A stretch of 63,965 bases of DNA, counting the filler, from Blastocystis sp. subtype 4 (lineage: Eukaryota): the NCBI RefSeq assembly GCF_000743755.1. It is 4 parts of 4 records of this genome, joined end to end, with 100 filler letters (N's around TTAATTAATTAA, not from the genome) between each part and the next. Parts side by side here need not be neighbours in the genome. Positions count along the whole stretch, not along the records: positions 54,383 to 63,965 come from NW_014569198.1; 3 more parts are not named here. One strand, written 5' to 3'. Below are positions 54,283 to 63,965 of this stretch, one piece after another. The notes under the pieces are model-generated. The model had not been told where the DNA came from. It did not search any database and saw only the letters and a program-made list of their open reading frames with translations. The position numbers and the translations under genes are program-made. Numbering within the stretch: position 1 is the first letter of the stretch; each line of letters opens with the position of its first letter.

Positions 54283-54382
54283 NNNNNNNNNNNNNNNNNN
54301 NNNNNNNNNNNNNNNNNNNNNNNNNNTTAATTAATTAANNNNNNNNNNNNNNNNNNNNNNNNNNNNNNNNNNNNNNNNNNNN
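54283..54382. other. Artificial contig-joining spacer
   Basis: 44N + TTAATTAATTAA (54327-54338) + 44N. Confidence 0.97.
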
Positions 54383-54551
54383 CTCGAACTTTCTCTTCTT
54401 GATGTTAATCACAACCTTTCCTCCGGTCAAACGACGCTTATGACGAGAATCACGGCAAATACCTATACTTGGGTTAGAAAACACTGAAACCACATTCCAA
54501 AGATCTCAAAATTGCATGATAAAATGATATTCGAATAACAAACATACCCAT
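54383..54551 (-). CDS. RPS8: 40S ribosomal protein S8 (eS8), 5' part, truncated by the gap
   Basis: ATGG, an 85-nt intron (54463-54547), then GTATTTGC gives MGICRDSRHKRRLTGGKVVINIKKRKFE. Confidence 0.92.
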
Positions 54552-54625
54552 CTTAATTCCTCAATTGTTCTAGCGATAGAATTGACGATAGAGGGAACGA
54601 TTGGGAAAACCGTGAATGACTAAGT

Positions 54626-54648
54626 ATTGTCTTGATTATCAAGACAAT
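54626..54648. repeat. 23-bp inverted repeat ATTGTCTTGAT-T-ATCAAGACAAT upstream of RPS8
   Basis: 11-bp perfect arms. The half-site TATTGTCTTGATT recurs at 54735-54747 and GTCTTGATAATCAA at 12270-12283. Confidence 0.75.
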
Positions 54649-55034
54649 CACACTCCTTTCGATTTTTGGATTCCAGAAAGATGAATGATCTCTCAATTCC
54701 AAAATACATGGGTAATTGAGATACTTCCAAACGTTATTGTCTTGATTTGTATGTTATATTATGCTAATCTTATTGAATTGATATCAGTATATCATTATCA
54801 GATGATTTGTTTAATTGTTAACTACACTTGACAAGGAGAATGTATGCTTCTTTAGTTGAGATCAAACTAGATCATTTTATTGGTGCCTTGTAAGACTTGT
54901 AGATATCTTTCTAGGACAAATGACGGTGATGATACACTCATATACCACAAACTAACACTTGTGTGCTGCTATCACACTACCAAATCATACGAAACAAACA
55001 GAATATCCCATGAATCCAGAGGACTAAAACTGGG

Positions 55035-57634
55035 TTATTTCTTTGGCAACAGCGACTTTGTGCTTCGTACGACAGACCAGTCGATCTCATTTGTCGGACT
55101 GGTGGAATTCTTCTCCCATGGATTAAGAGTCCGAGTTCCAGCACTAGGAGAAGGATCAACGCGACTTGGCATAGAAAGATTCACAGAAGTGAGATTCCGT
55201 AGCGATTTATCTAGAATCGATAGTACTCGAGTCAGATCCTCGCGCTTCCTTTTCAAGGTTTCATCCTCCTTCATAAGGGATTCAGTCAATCCCTTGTTAT
55301 AGATATTGGCAATCAATACATTATAAATACTCTCTACAGTTTGATTGAGGAGATATAATGTGATGCACTAGGACTCAGACTTCACATCCATTCAACTCAC
55401 TTTCGGCATACTATCCAAAAGGTTCTTTCTCACAGTATCTAAATACGTATCAACTAATCGAGACAAATATTCAATCATGACTTGTTCTGTATCATTGTAA
55501 TCATTCCATTCCATGCTTTCCTGCAGTACACCCACTTTTGTCTTATGGTATACAGAAGAAGGAAGTGGTTCTTCCCTAACCTCACTCTCTTCAGTCTCCT
55601 CTTTTGGAGGAATCAATAGCTTTGTCAAGGTATCCCGCCATACTTCCTCTTCTCCTGCAATATTGATCCAAGCAATCCAATTTGACTCCACTGGCTCAGA
55701 GTCCACACGCACTACAATCGTCTCTTGGGAAGGAAGAGTGATCTCAAACTCGAACTCACCCATGGTGGGGTTGTTCCGTAAGACAGTAGCCGATGCTCCC
55801 TCCAAGAAGATCTCCTGCACACCAGGATCGGAACGATCGATCGAGGCTGTAGCATTATAGAACAGGGATCGCTGCTTCAGTACACCATAGACATGGTCTA
55901 ATCGTCCATGACCTCGACGCAGATACATCCATCCCTGAACCATCGGCTCTTGGAACTCAGGAGGATCATTAGGATTGGTCTTCTGAAGGAGTCGCTAGAG
56001 ATGAAAGAGATGAAAGAGGCATACAGCACGAGCTGTGGCGATCGCACTTCCTTGGAGTTTCTTGATGTTGTCCTGAGAGAGCGCAGGATGAGCGGTGTTG
56101 ATATACGCCTTCTCCATCTCCAGCAGGATATGGATCATTTCCTTGGTTACAGCAGTCTTCTCGTCCAACAACTGTAGAGTCTCTCGAATGATGACATCGC
56201 GAAGCAAGGGGAAATACTGGAATTCAGGCATATGGATGTTACTGATCACCGTCTGGAACTCATTCTTCACCTGTTCCACACACAGATAACATGGTTTCTC
56301 AAAATGCTCTAAACAAGTCAGGATGAGATGTTCCAAGGCTTGTTCAGGAGCAAAGAGACCTCCATGAATACCTCGGTTGTTCACGATTGCTGTTCGGATA
56401 TCACGAACACTCATACACTCACTCACATCAACAGCTTGGATACTTGAAGCGAAATCCCGTGAGAAGATATCCATGATCCGAGCTCCTCCTGTTAGTTCCC
56501 CTTCATCTGCAGGACCATTTCCATGACCAAAGATCGTCGTCTTGAGCTGTTGAGTATAGTTGATAAAGATTTGAACAGCACTTGCATTCACATCTGCCAA
56601 TCCATCATTCACACTTCGGATTTCAGATAACTGACTACTAATCTGAGTACGATAAGCAGTAACCTTCTGGATGATTTCAGGTAGACTCTGACTGATATGA
56701 CTCACCAAAAGTTCATTTAATCGATTTCTCAAGTACTGAGTTCCCATTCGATCGCATCGTTCCGGATAATATGTTCGGAAGAATCGACTCTCATCTTCCC
56801 ACTGGCGATGCATGTCTTTTCGATTGTTAATATCATTCTGACTACGATTGATTACTCCGACATAGCCCAGTTTCAGTGGGATCACATGACCATCAAAGAT
56901 ATCACTTGCATCAGTACCTTTATCCATGATATCTACTTTGGTGATCACTCCAATCGTTCGTTCTCCTGTAGGATCATACTCTTTCGCTAATTGGATTGCA
57001 TCACTCAGCGCCAGATCTGTATTTGCTGCTGTTACTGCCATTATGATACATGAAGGTTCACGGATATAACGTACAACCATATTGCGAAGGATCTCTTCAA
57101 TATTCCGAGGTTGATCACCCACAGGATTCCGAGTAATACCTGGAAGATCGATAAGAGTGAGATTCACCACATTTGGAGAATAGATCTTAAGATTGATCGG
57201 TTTGTCTGTGACACAAACGCCAGTTCCAGTCTCTCGTTCTGTTTGAGCCACAATCTCATCTCGCACTTCATCAAAATCATAAAATTGTTTGTTTGGTTTG
57301 TGAGCAAATACACCATACTCTACACAATCACTCCATTCCTCTCCAAGTACCGGAAGTCAGATCCTTCACATAAACCAATTGTAGAACTAACGGACATCGT
57401 GTGACAATCCCACTGCCGCGAGGAAGAAAGTCTTTTCCAACAATGTTCTCTAACACCGAACTTTTTCCACTCGATTGTCCACCAACAACAGCAATTTGTG
57501 GAAGGTCAATTTCATTTCCTCCTATTTGTCACGAGTATCAAAGAGGGAGTACCAACAATAGAGAAGACTTCCTGAATATCATTGATGATGGAAATCAATC
57601 CCTGCATTCCAAAATCCGCTTTTCGTGAACTCAT
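55035..57634 (-). CDS. Dynamin-family GTPase with GTPase-middle-PH-GED architecture
   Basis: [63 protein letters not shown]; a PH-like [35 protein letters not shown] segment; [20 protein letters not shown]. Confidence 0.9.
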
Positions 57635-57791
57635 TGTTGGATTTCAAAAGATATTCCTTAGGAGGCAATGCGAATTATGGGAGCCCAAAATAGGGCAGTC
57701 GTAAGAAGGATCCTCAACGAATAATTGGAACAAACAGATATGCAACTAAATCCGTCGATATAGCAACAGATAATTCCAATAATGAACACAT

Positions 57792-58626
57792 TTATCCCCA
57801 CAAAAATGATATAAGTCCTTGATGACTATTCTCCTCATCCCTCAACTGCTGTATCAATTCCCATTTCTTCTCCAATTCCAGATCTAGCTTCTTTTTGAGC
57901 CCTTCAATCGCTTCAAGCAGCATATTCTCCCGTTCCTACTTGTTAACAGTCCAACATACAATTACACGGTGTTCTCTCTCTAATTCATCAACTCGATGAA
58001 TAAACTGATCTGTTAATCTGCTATACATAATAGAATAATAAAGGAAACAACGTATTCAATTGTTTGGTTTCAGCCAATTCAGCTTTCAATTTCTCGAATT
58101 CATCAGAACTAGATTCATCCTGTGAAGGAGGTGACTGAGGTTGAGGAGGACCCATGGAGAGACTCTGGGAATCAACTTCTTCATCCGCAATTTTCGGTTC
58201 TTCTTTGATCTCCAATGTATCTAGTTGTTGTTGCAATGCCGATGAGCGTTCTTGACTGATTGCCAAATCTACTCCTAATGCATCGGCCAATTCTTCACCC
58301 TTCTCAAGTTTTGAAATGACCTGTTGCTGCTGGGCCATTACTGCCTTCCAGTTTTCACGTTCTTCCATCACATACTGAGTAGAACTCTCCCGCTTCATTT
58401 GAAAGATCTCTTGTCGTCGTAGTTCCAGCTCATCTTCCATCTGCTTATATTTCTTCCTCATTTCTTCTTTTTCCTTTTCAACAGTGCGCATATGAACAAT
58501 CATTTCATTAATCCTTTCTTTATTTCATATGAGTCAAAATATAATACCCTCATACTGTAGCTTCACCTTTACAAGATGATCTGCTAACATTTTTACTCCA
58601 ACAGGAGTATCGGAGTCACTATCCAT
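57792..58626 (-). CDS. Coiled-coil hypothetical protein, multi-exon
   Basis: In-frame exons MDSDSDTPVGVKMLADHLVKVKLQYE|ERINEMIVHM...YVMEERENWKAVM...LKKKLDLELEKKWEL...GLISFLWG*. Minus-strand TGTTTGTT at 57729-57736. Confidence 0.65.
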
Positions 58627-58793
58627 GATAAAGAAAGAATCAGACTCCAAGAACACAGAACTAGCGAATATCCAATTGCCCGAAATTGGTTATTTCTTAT
58701 GGAATTGAGAAAATAGCAAATAAATTGGTCAATCATACAAAACAGCAATCTACGTCCATTGCCTATTCCAAGATTGTGGAAAGTGGCAAATCA

Positions 58794-60523
58794 ATGAGTA
58801 CATCTGTCTTTACTGTTGAACTCGATAAGCAGGTTGAAGTGATTCTCTCGCGCCTTTCTGATAATGGTCAAATCGAGGGATCCTTTTCTGCAAGTTTTAA
58901 GTGGCTAAATACGGTAACAGATGTACGAAATGCTATTCGACAACGAACTGGTATTCCTCATGATCGCATTGATATTATCTATGGCGGTAAAAAGCTTCCA
59001 AAGAAATATTGTTTATATCAGGTCAATGTCTCAAGTAACTCTATTCGCCTTTTTTATTTCTGTCATTCCCAAAATAGTGCTAATGATGCCTGGATTCATA
59101 TAGTGTCCCCGAATCCTTTAGATAATGTAGTAGTGGAAGAGAGTAATCATGTATAGAGCTTTTTGGATGCTCTTGAGGATGTCCGAAATGGTTTCAATGT
59201 GGGAATCAAACCAGAACTCTCGCTGTACGGAAGTGGAGGAACGTACTTCTTGAACGATCGTAACAAGTGGAATCTTCTCGTATTTAAACCAGAAGATGAA
59301 GAGCCATTTGCAGAAAACAATCCACGTTAGTTTAATGGAATTCGATAAGGATTAGGTGACATTCAAGGGATTACAGGTCATAGTGGCTTTCGTAAAGGTA
59401 TCAAATCTGGTGAGGGATGGAAACGTGAAGTAGCTGCCTATATTATTGATCGGAAACACTTGTTTTCTGTTCCTACCACAGTTCAAGCGCATATTCGGCA
59501 TCCGTATTTCTTTCAGCGTTGTCCCAAGTTAAAGTTCAAAGTTGGTTCTCTTCAATACTTCGTTGAGGAGGCGGACTTATGTAGCGATTGGGCTCCTTCA
59601 AAGTACTCCACTTTTGAAGTATGTGATCATTTTGAGTGTCAATGTAGGTTCAGAAGATTGCCTTCTTGGACATGTACATCATGAACACAGATCGTAACGA
59701 TGCGAATATCCTAGTTCAGCGTCGTCACAACAGCGAATTTCGATTGATTCCGATTGATCATGGCTATTCACTCACCGACTGTTTCGAGATTACTGATCTT
59801 AGTTGGTGTTGGCTTGAATGGAAACAGATACGAGAACCATGGGACCCTTCTTTGAAAGAGAAAGTACTGAGATGATGAGTAATGAGTAGATATATCTCTC
59901 AGCTGGATGTGCCTGCAGATTTAAAGCTGTTGAATGAGACATTGGGCATTCGAAAGATTTGTCTTATTCTACTGAGGTAGGAGCAGAGACGAAGATGAAT
60001 GGTAGAATTAGTGGCATTTTGTTGAAGATTGGAGTGGAGCGAGGTTTAACACCTCAGGAACTCGCTCAGTTTTATATCCGAACAGAGAAACCGTCCTTAC
60101 TTGAGAAGATTGTCCAGGAATGTCTAGAACGAGTGAAGGTGTACCAACTAGCGCACCAGCTCATTGATAACGATGGAGGGATGTGTATGTATGGAACGGG
60201 AGATTCATCATAGATCGATCTTCGAGCCATATGATGTCGGGTCAACATTCCCACACTTCCATTATTCGAACAATGTCAACACAGTCTCTGTCGGAGATTG
60301 AATATTCGGAAGAACCGTATCGGTTTCCAACAGTACTGTTTCTAATAGATTTTCACGAATAGGGGGTCGAATATAAACTTACTCATGACAAAGAATATAG
60401 AAGATTGTTTTTTGTAAGGATCATTGAAGTAGTGAGAACTAGGGTGTATACGAAGAATCTGTCTCTTACTGGATCTCTACAATCTTGCACAAACGAGTTT
60501 ATGATTCGGGTGTATTCCTTTAG
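58794..60523 (+). CDS. Type II (gamma-like) phosphatidylinositol 4-kinase with an N-terminal ubiquitin-like domain
   Basis: UBL TVTDVRNAIRQRTGIPHDRIDIIYGGKKL; GSGGTYFL, VFKPEDEEPFAENNPR, GEGWKREVAAY, KVGSLQYFV, NTDRNDANILV, LIPIDHGYSL. The last exons are tentative. Confidence 0.88.
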
Positions 60524-60547
60524 GATGTGTTTTCAAGCAAATATAAT

Positions 60548-61270
60548 AGAAAAGAACAAGGTTTTCACTCATGAGACTTTGTGTGATAAAGAGAGCAATA
60601 TCAGGAGTAATTTCATCATAGAATGTTACAATATACTGGTTCTGATACTTTGTAACAGAATACACAACAACTCCATCTCTTTTCAATAGAATTGTTGATT
60701 TGTTTTGAATAAATGGGATACGGGCCTTCATAGTGCACATGTGCAAAACCGATGATGACAGTGTATAGTGAAACTTTGCAGTACAAAAACCCCAGTTAGA
60801 TATACTGGACAGAATCACACTCTGCACAGGTCGACCCACATACTGAATACTCCATTTTGACTTTTCCTACAAATAATAGATTACTACCATTCTCACAGCA
60901 GAACGAGGTGATTTCTGAGAAACTAGTACATAGGAATGACGTAGAGTAGGGGAAATCGAGGATATAACCAGTTTCATCAATGGAAACTTCGTTGTGAAGT
61001 CATACGGAATCCCCGAAGTCTTGTGAATCACTGCATGCTTCGAATCTGACTCTACAAAACAAGCAGAAAGGAAAAAATCAGAAGAGGGTTGTGAAAACCG
61101 AAGAGAAATAAAGGGATAAGACTTTCTGGAAACAGACAGGATCCCCTTTGAATCATAATAAGTAATAAGTAAATACAATGTGGCTCGACTCTGTACCACT
61201 ACAAATCACAATTCAAAAAAGAATGCACAATCGCGAAATACCAAAACACTTCTGTAAAGAAAACGACATC
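60548..61270 (-). CDS. Hypothetical protein, possibly a divergent Tubby-C-like fold
   Basis: ORFs 60867-61199 and 60477-60839 are adjacent on the same strand and separated by an intron-sized gap. The C-terminal VVVYSVTKYQNQYIVTFYDEITPDIALFITQSL resembles the Tubby end. Both ends are uncertain. Confidence 0.4.
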
Positions 61271-61342
61271 AAATAATCTCCATCTTACATCCATATCACT
61301 CATAATAACAAAGAATCCCTTAGGATACAAAAAGAAAAGAAT

Positions 61343-61415
61343 CGCCCACATGGGGGCTCGAACCCCAGACCGTTAAGTTAAAAGCCTAACGCTCTACCGA
61401 CTGAGCTATGTGGGC
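61343..61415 (-). tRNA. tRNA-Lys (anticodon UUU)
   Basis: GCCCACATAGCTCAGTCGGTAGAGCGTTAGGCTTTTAACTTAACGGTCTGGGGTTCGAGCCCCCATGTGGGCG: 73-nt cloverleaf, A and B boxes, loop CTTTTAA, T-rich terminator downstream. Confidence 0.96.
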
Positions 61416-61520
61416 TCTGTTATATGGTCTGTATTCTTCCTATTTAAAGCATGCTTCCTATGCTTTTGTCTCAAAATCATCATTGCAGGATTCTGTTTGT
61501 TGTTAAATTGTGAAGGTAGA

Positions 61521-62796
61521 ATGAACACACAGGTAGAATTCGTTTAGAATATTTACTCTAGTTCAACGACAGGATTTGTGCTATTTGCGAGCGACCCGGA
61601 GATTTGATTCAGTGTACAGGTGGCTGTCTTCGATCTTTTCACAAGGGATGGTAGAGTTACTTCGTTTTGTTGAGGTGTAGTCTAGGGCTTACAGCTCCTC
61701 CTTCGGGTAAATGGAGTTGTCCAGAATGCACAAAGGGTGAAGTAAATTTCATTGCTGTTGATATCAGCTGTAGCATCGGTGTTTTAAATGCAAAGCAAAG
61801 GCATCCGATTTTGAACTGATTGTTTGTTCCATTCCGAACTGTAGACGACGGTTCCATTGGAAAAAGGAGTGTTGTGGTCTTAATGAGTCGGAAGTATTTG
61901 CAGAGACCTTTATTTGTCCGTGTCACCGTTGTTCATATTGTAATATTGCCGAAAATCCACAGAATCCTCTAATGAAATGTTTCCGCTGTACAAAGTCGTT
62001 TCATCAAGCCTGTCTTCCTCGTGACGCTGTTCACTTGGATGAAAAGTATTTTAAATGTGCCTCTCATTTTACTGTAATGTCCTGATACATCTCTTATCCT
62101 AGGAAGGTCCTTCGTCTATGTTAGGTAATTATCAGCGAGCTACAACTCAGCAGCCATCGTCATTCAGTCCATATCCACAGGCTCCCTATGGACCCTCTTC
62201 CTCAGCTCCCTATCACAGGACATCCCCTTTCATTCCTCCGTCATCGTATCCCCAGACTTCTCCCTATGTGCCTGTAGCACCTTATCCCCAGAATTCTCCC
62301 TATGCTCCCTCTCCAAAAGTGTATTCTTACATGCCTCCTGGTTATTCTTCTTCTCCCAATGCTTCAACATTGTATGGAGGTTATCCCACACAGCCTGCTC
62401 CACCATACACACAACAGCCATCTCCTAATGCTCTTCCTCCAAATCAACCTAATGCTTTTCCTCCAAATCAACCTAACGTCTTTCCTCCAAATCAACCTAA
62501 TGTTTTCCCTCCAAGTCAACCAAACGCATCTACAGACGTTCCTCCCGTAAAGCGAGTCAAGTATACTGGACCTCGACCAGAACTGAATGAAGAACAGAAG
62601 GCAGGAAGGAATCTATTGATGAAGTGGAAAGATCTTCGACGAGCAGGAATTGAGGTGAGAAAAAGAAGGGGACGTAATGTTTAGTTAACAGAAAAGAGAA
62701 TCAAGGCAAGAAGTGAGATATTAGAGGAAATACTAAAGAAACGAGATGCACAAATACTGAACACAAAGAGTATGAGAGATAAGCTACTAGCTCAAT
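61521..62796 (+). CDS. NSD/EDM2-type tandem PHD-finger protein with a Pro/Tyr-rich region; stop probably made by poly(A)
   Basis: Spliced [86 protein letters not shown]..CASH; no SET or PWWP domain. Genomic TAA at 62811-62813. Confidence 0.85.
62424..62519 (+). repeat. Coding tandem repeat, 4 x 24 nt, PN(A/V)(L/F)PP(N/S)Q
   Basis: cctaatgctcttcctccaaatcaa / cctaatgcttttcctccaaatcaa / cctaacgtctttcctccaaatcaa / cctaatgttttccctccaagtcaa. Confidence 0.9.
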
Positions 62797-62865
62797 GTAT
62801 TGTTTGTTATTAACAAAACCAAAACCATTGTACACAAGCTACCACTGTATTCACAAATACATGGC

Positions 62866-63382
62866 TTATTCGGCCTCTTCTCCCTCCTCCATCTCCAATT
62901 CCTTCTCCTCCTCTTCTTCTCCATTCTTTCCAATAAGAGTTGGCTGAATGTAAGGAACGACACCTCCTCCAGCAATTGTAGCCTTAACAAGAGTATCCAA
63001 TTCTTCGTCTCCACGAATAGCAAGTTGAAGATGACGAGGAGTAATACGTTTCACCTTTAAATCCTTGGAAGCGTTTCCAGCTAACTCAAGAACCTCAGCA
63101 CTCAAGTATTCTAGAATAGCAGCAATGTATACAGCAGCAGTAGCTCCTACACGTTGACGAGCAGACACACGACTCTTCAGGAATCTGTGAATACGACCAA
63201 CAGGAAACTGAAGACCAGCCTTGGTCGAACGGGTCATCACTTGCTTCTTGCTTGAAGGGGCCTTTCCTCCTTTTCCTCCTTTTCCTCCTTTTCCAGACTA
63301 CATATTGGTTACCTCGAATTTCCAAATCAACAAAAAGCGAAACAAAACATCCCGCTACATTCTTTCATACAACACATACCAT
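62866..63382 (-). CDS. H2AZ: Histone H2A.Z with an acidic C-terminal extension
   Basis: ATG, an 82-nt intron (63298-63379), then [79 protein letters not shown], all H2A.Z-diagnostic. Confidence 0.95.
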
Positions 63383-63965
63383 GATCCAAAAATACTACTT
63401 CCTTTAAAGACAATAATGACAGATCTATATCAATGACAACAGTCAATATTACCCCAGATTTCTGGAAACAAATTATGCTAGTCCAATCAAATTGAATGTT
63501 CAACAATGATTGGATCGATGCTACCTCCAAAAATAATGCTTATCCAATCAATTCAATACTTTCATGTCTTCAATGAAAATAGTATCATATCCTAAATAAA
63601 CTATATTGGAGAATGAAAACAGGCAAAAATGCTGATAGGAGTCAAATCCATCACTTCGCACAGTATCTACCTAAAGAGAGTTATATCGTCTAGATCAGGA
63701 CTAACATTCAACAAATGAATGCCAGTTGCATCCAATAGACAATTTCTTTCTCTACCATGATCGAAGGACTCTAACAATCAACTGTCACAAGCAGGTTGTC
63801 GAGCTGGTAGAAAATCCAGTGAATCAACAAAGGACTCATTCTCACCTTCTATAAGAAAAGAGTGTGAGACGAGAATCGCGGTTATTGTTTGGAATCTAGG
63901 GGTTAGGGAAATCTCCAGAGGCTCAAATCTCCTTTACAAGTGGCTTGAAACTTGTCCTTTTAATT

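Noticed and set aside
63482..63551. Three CCAAT boxes upstream of H2A.Z
   Set aside because: Plausible, but CCAAT/ATTGG is frequent in these AT-rich intergenic regions (e.g. 53560-53830), so the signal is not specific enough.

Overview
Eukaryotic, very gene-dense DNA. It is four contigs joined by artificial 100-bp spacers (44N-TTAATTAATTAA-44N). Pervasive ~29-33 nt GT-AG introns, very short intergenic gaps, a TGTTTGTT motif just downstream of most genes and SDHA/VDAC/LYR organelle genes point to the anaerobic gut stramenopile Blastocystis (inference, no database search was possible). By manual splicing I can support about 30 protein genes, several invisible in the ORF track. They include RPSA, FIGNL1-like, TrpRS, Trx-UBA-PUB, clathrin heavy chain, two LYR proteins, a PUF protein, RPL14, BAR-SH3, Myb, a 13-kb BLTP1/Csf1-like gene, REXO4, RPA3, VDAC, SDHA, GRWD1, an SR protein, a 1,660-aa modular surface protein, RPS8, a PH-domain dynamin, PI4K type II, an NSD/EDM2-type PHD protein and H2A.Z. 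U6 snRNA and tRNA-Lys(UUU) are also present. The most interesting layer is RNA processing. At least three genes appear to get their UAA stop only by polyadenylation (an in-frame T exactly 5 nt before TGTTTGTT). There is also a palindromic bidirectional 3'-end signal shared by convergent genes, a 29-nt AT-AC minor-spliceosome intron, a candidate GA-AG intron, and a separate class of 82-102 nt introns placed right after the ATG of housekeeping genes. Exon boundaries are hand-derived and family calls come from remembered motifs; RNA-seq and HMM searches are needed to confirm them.
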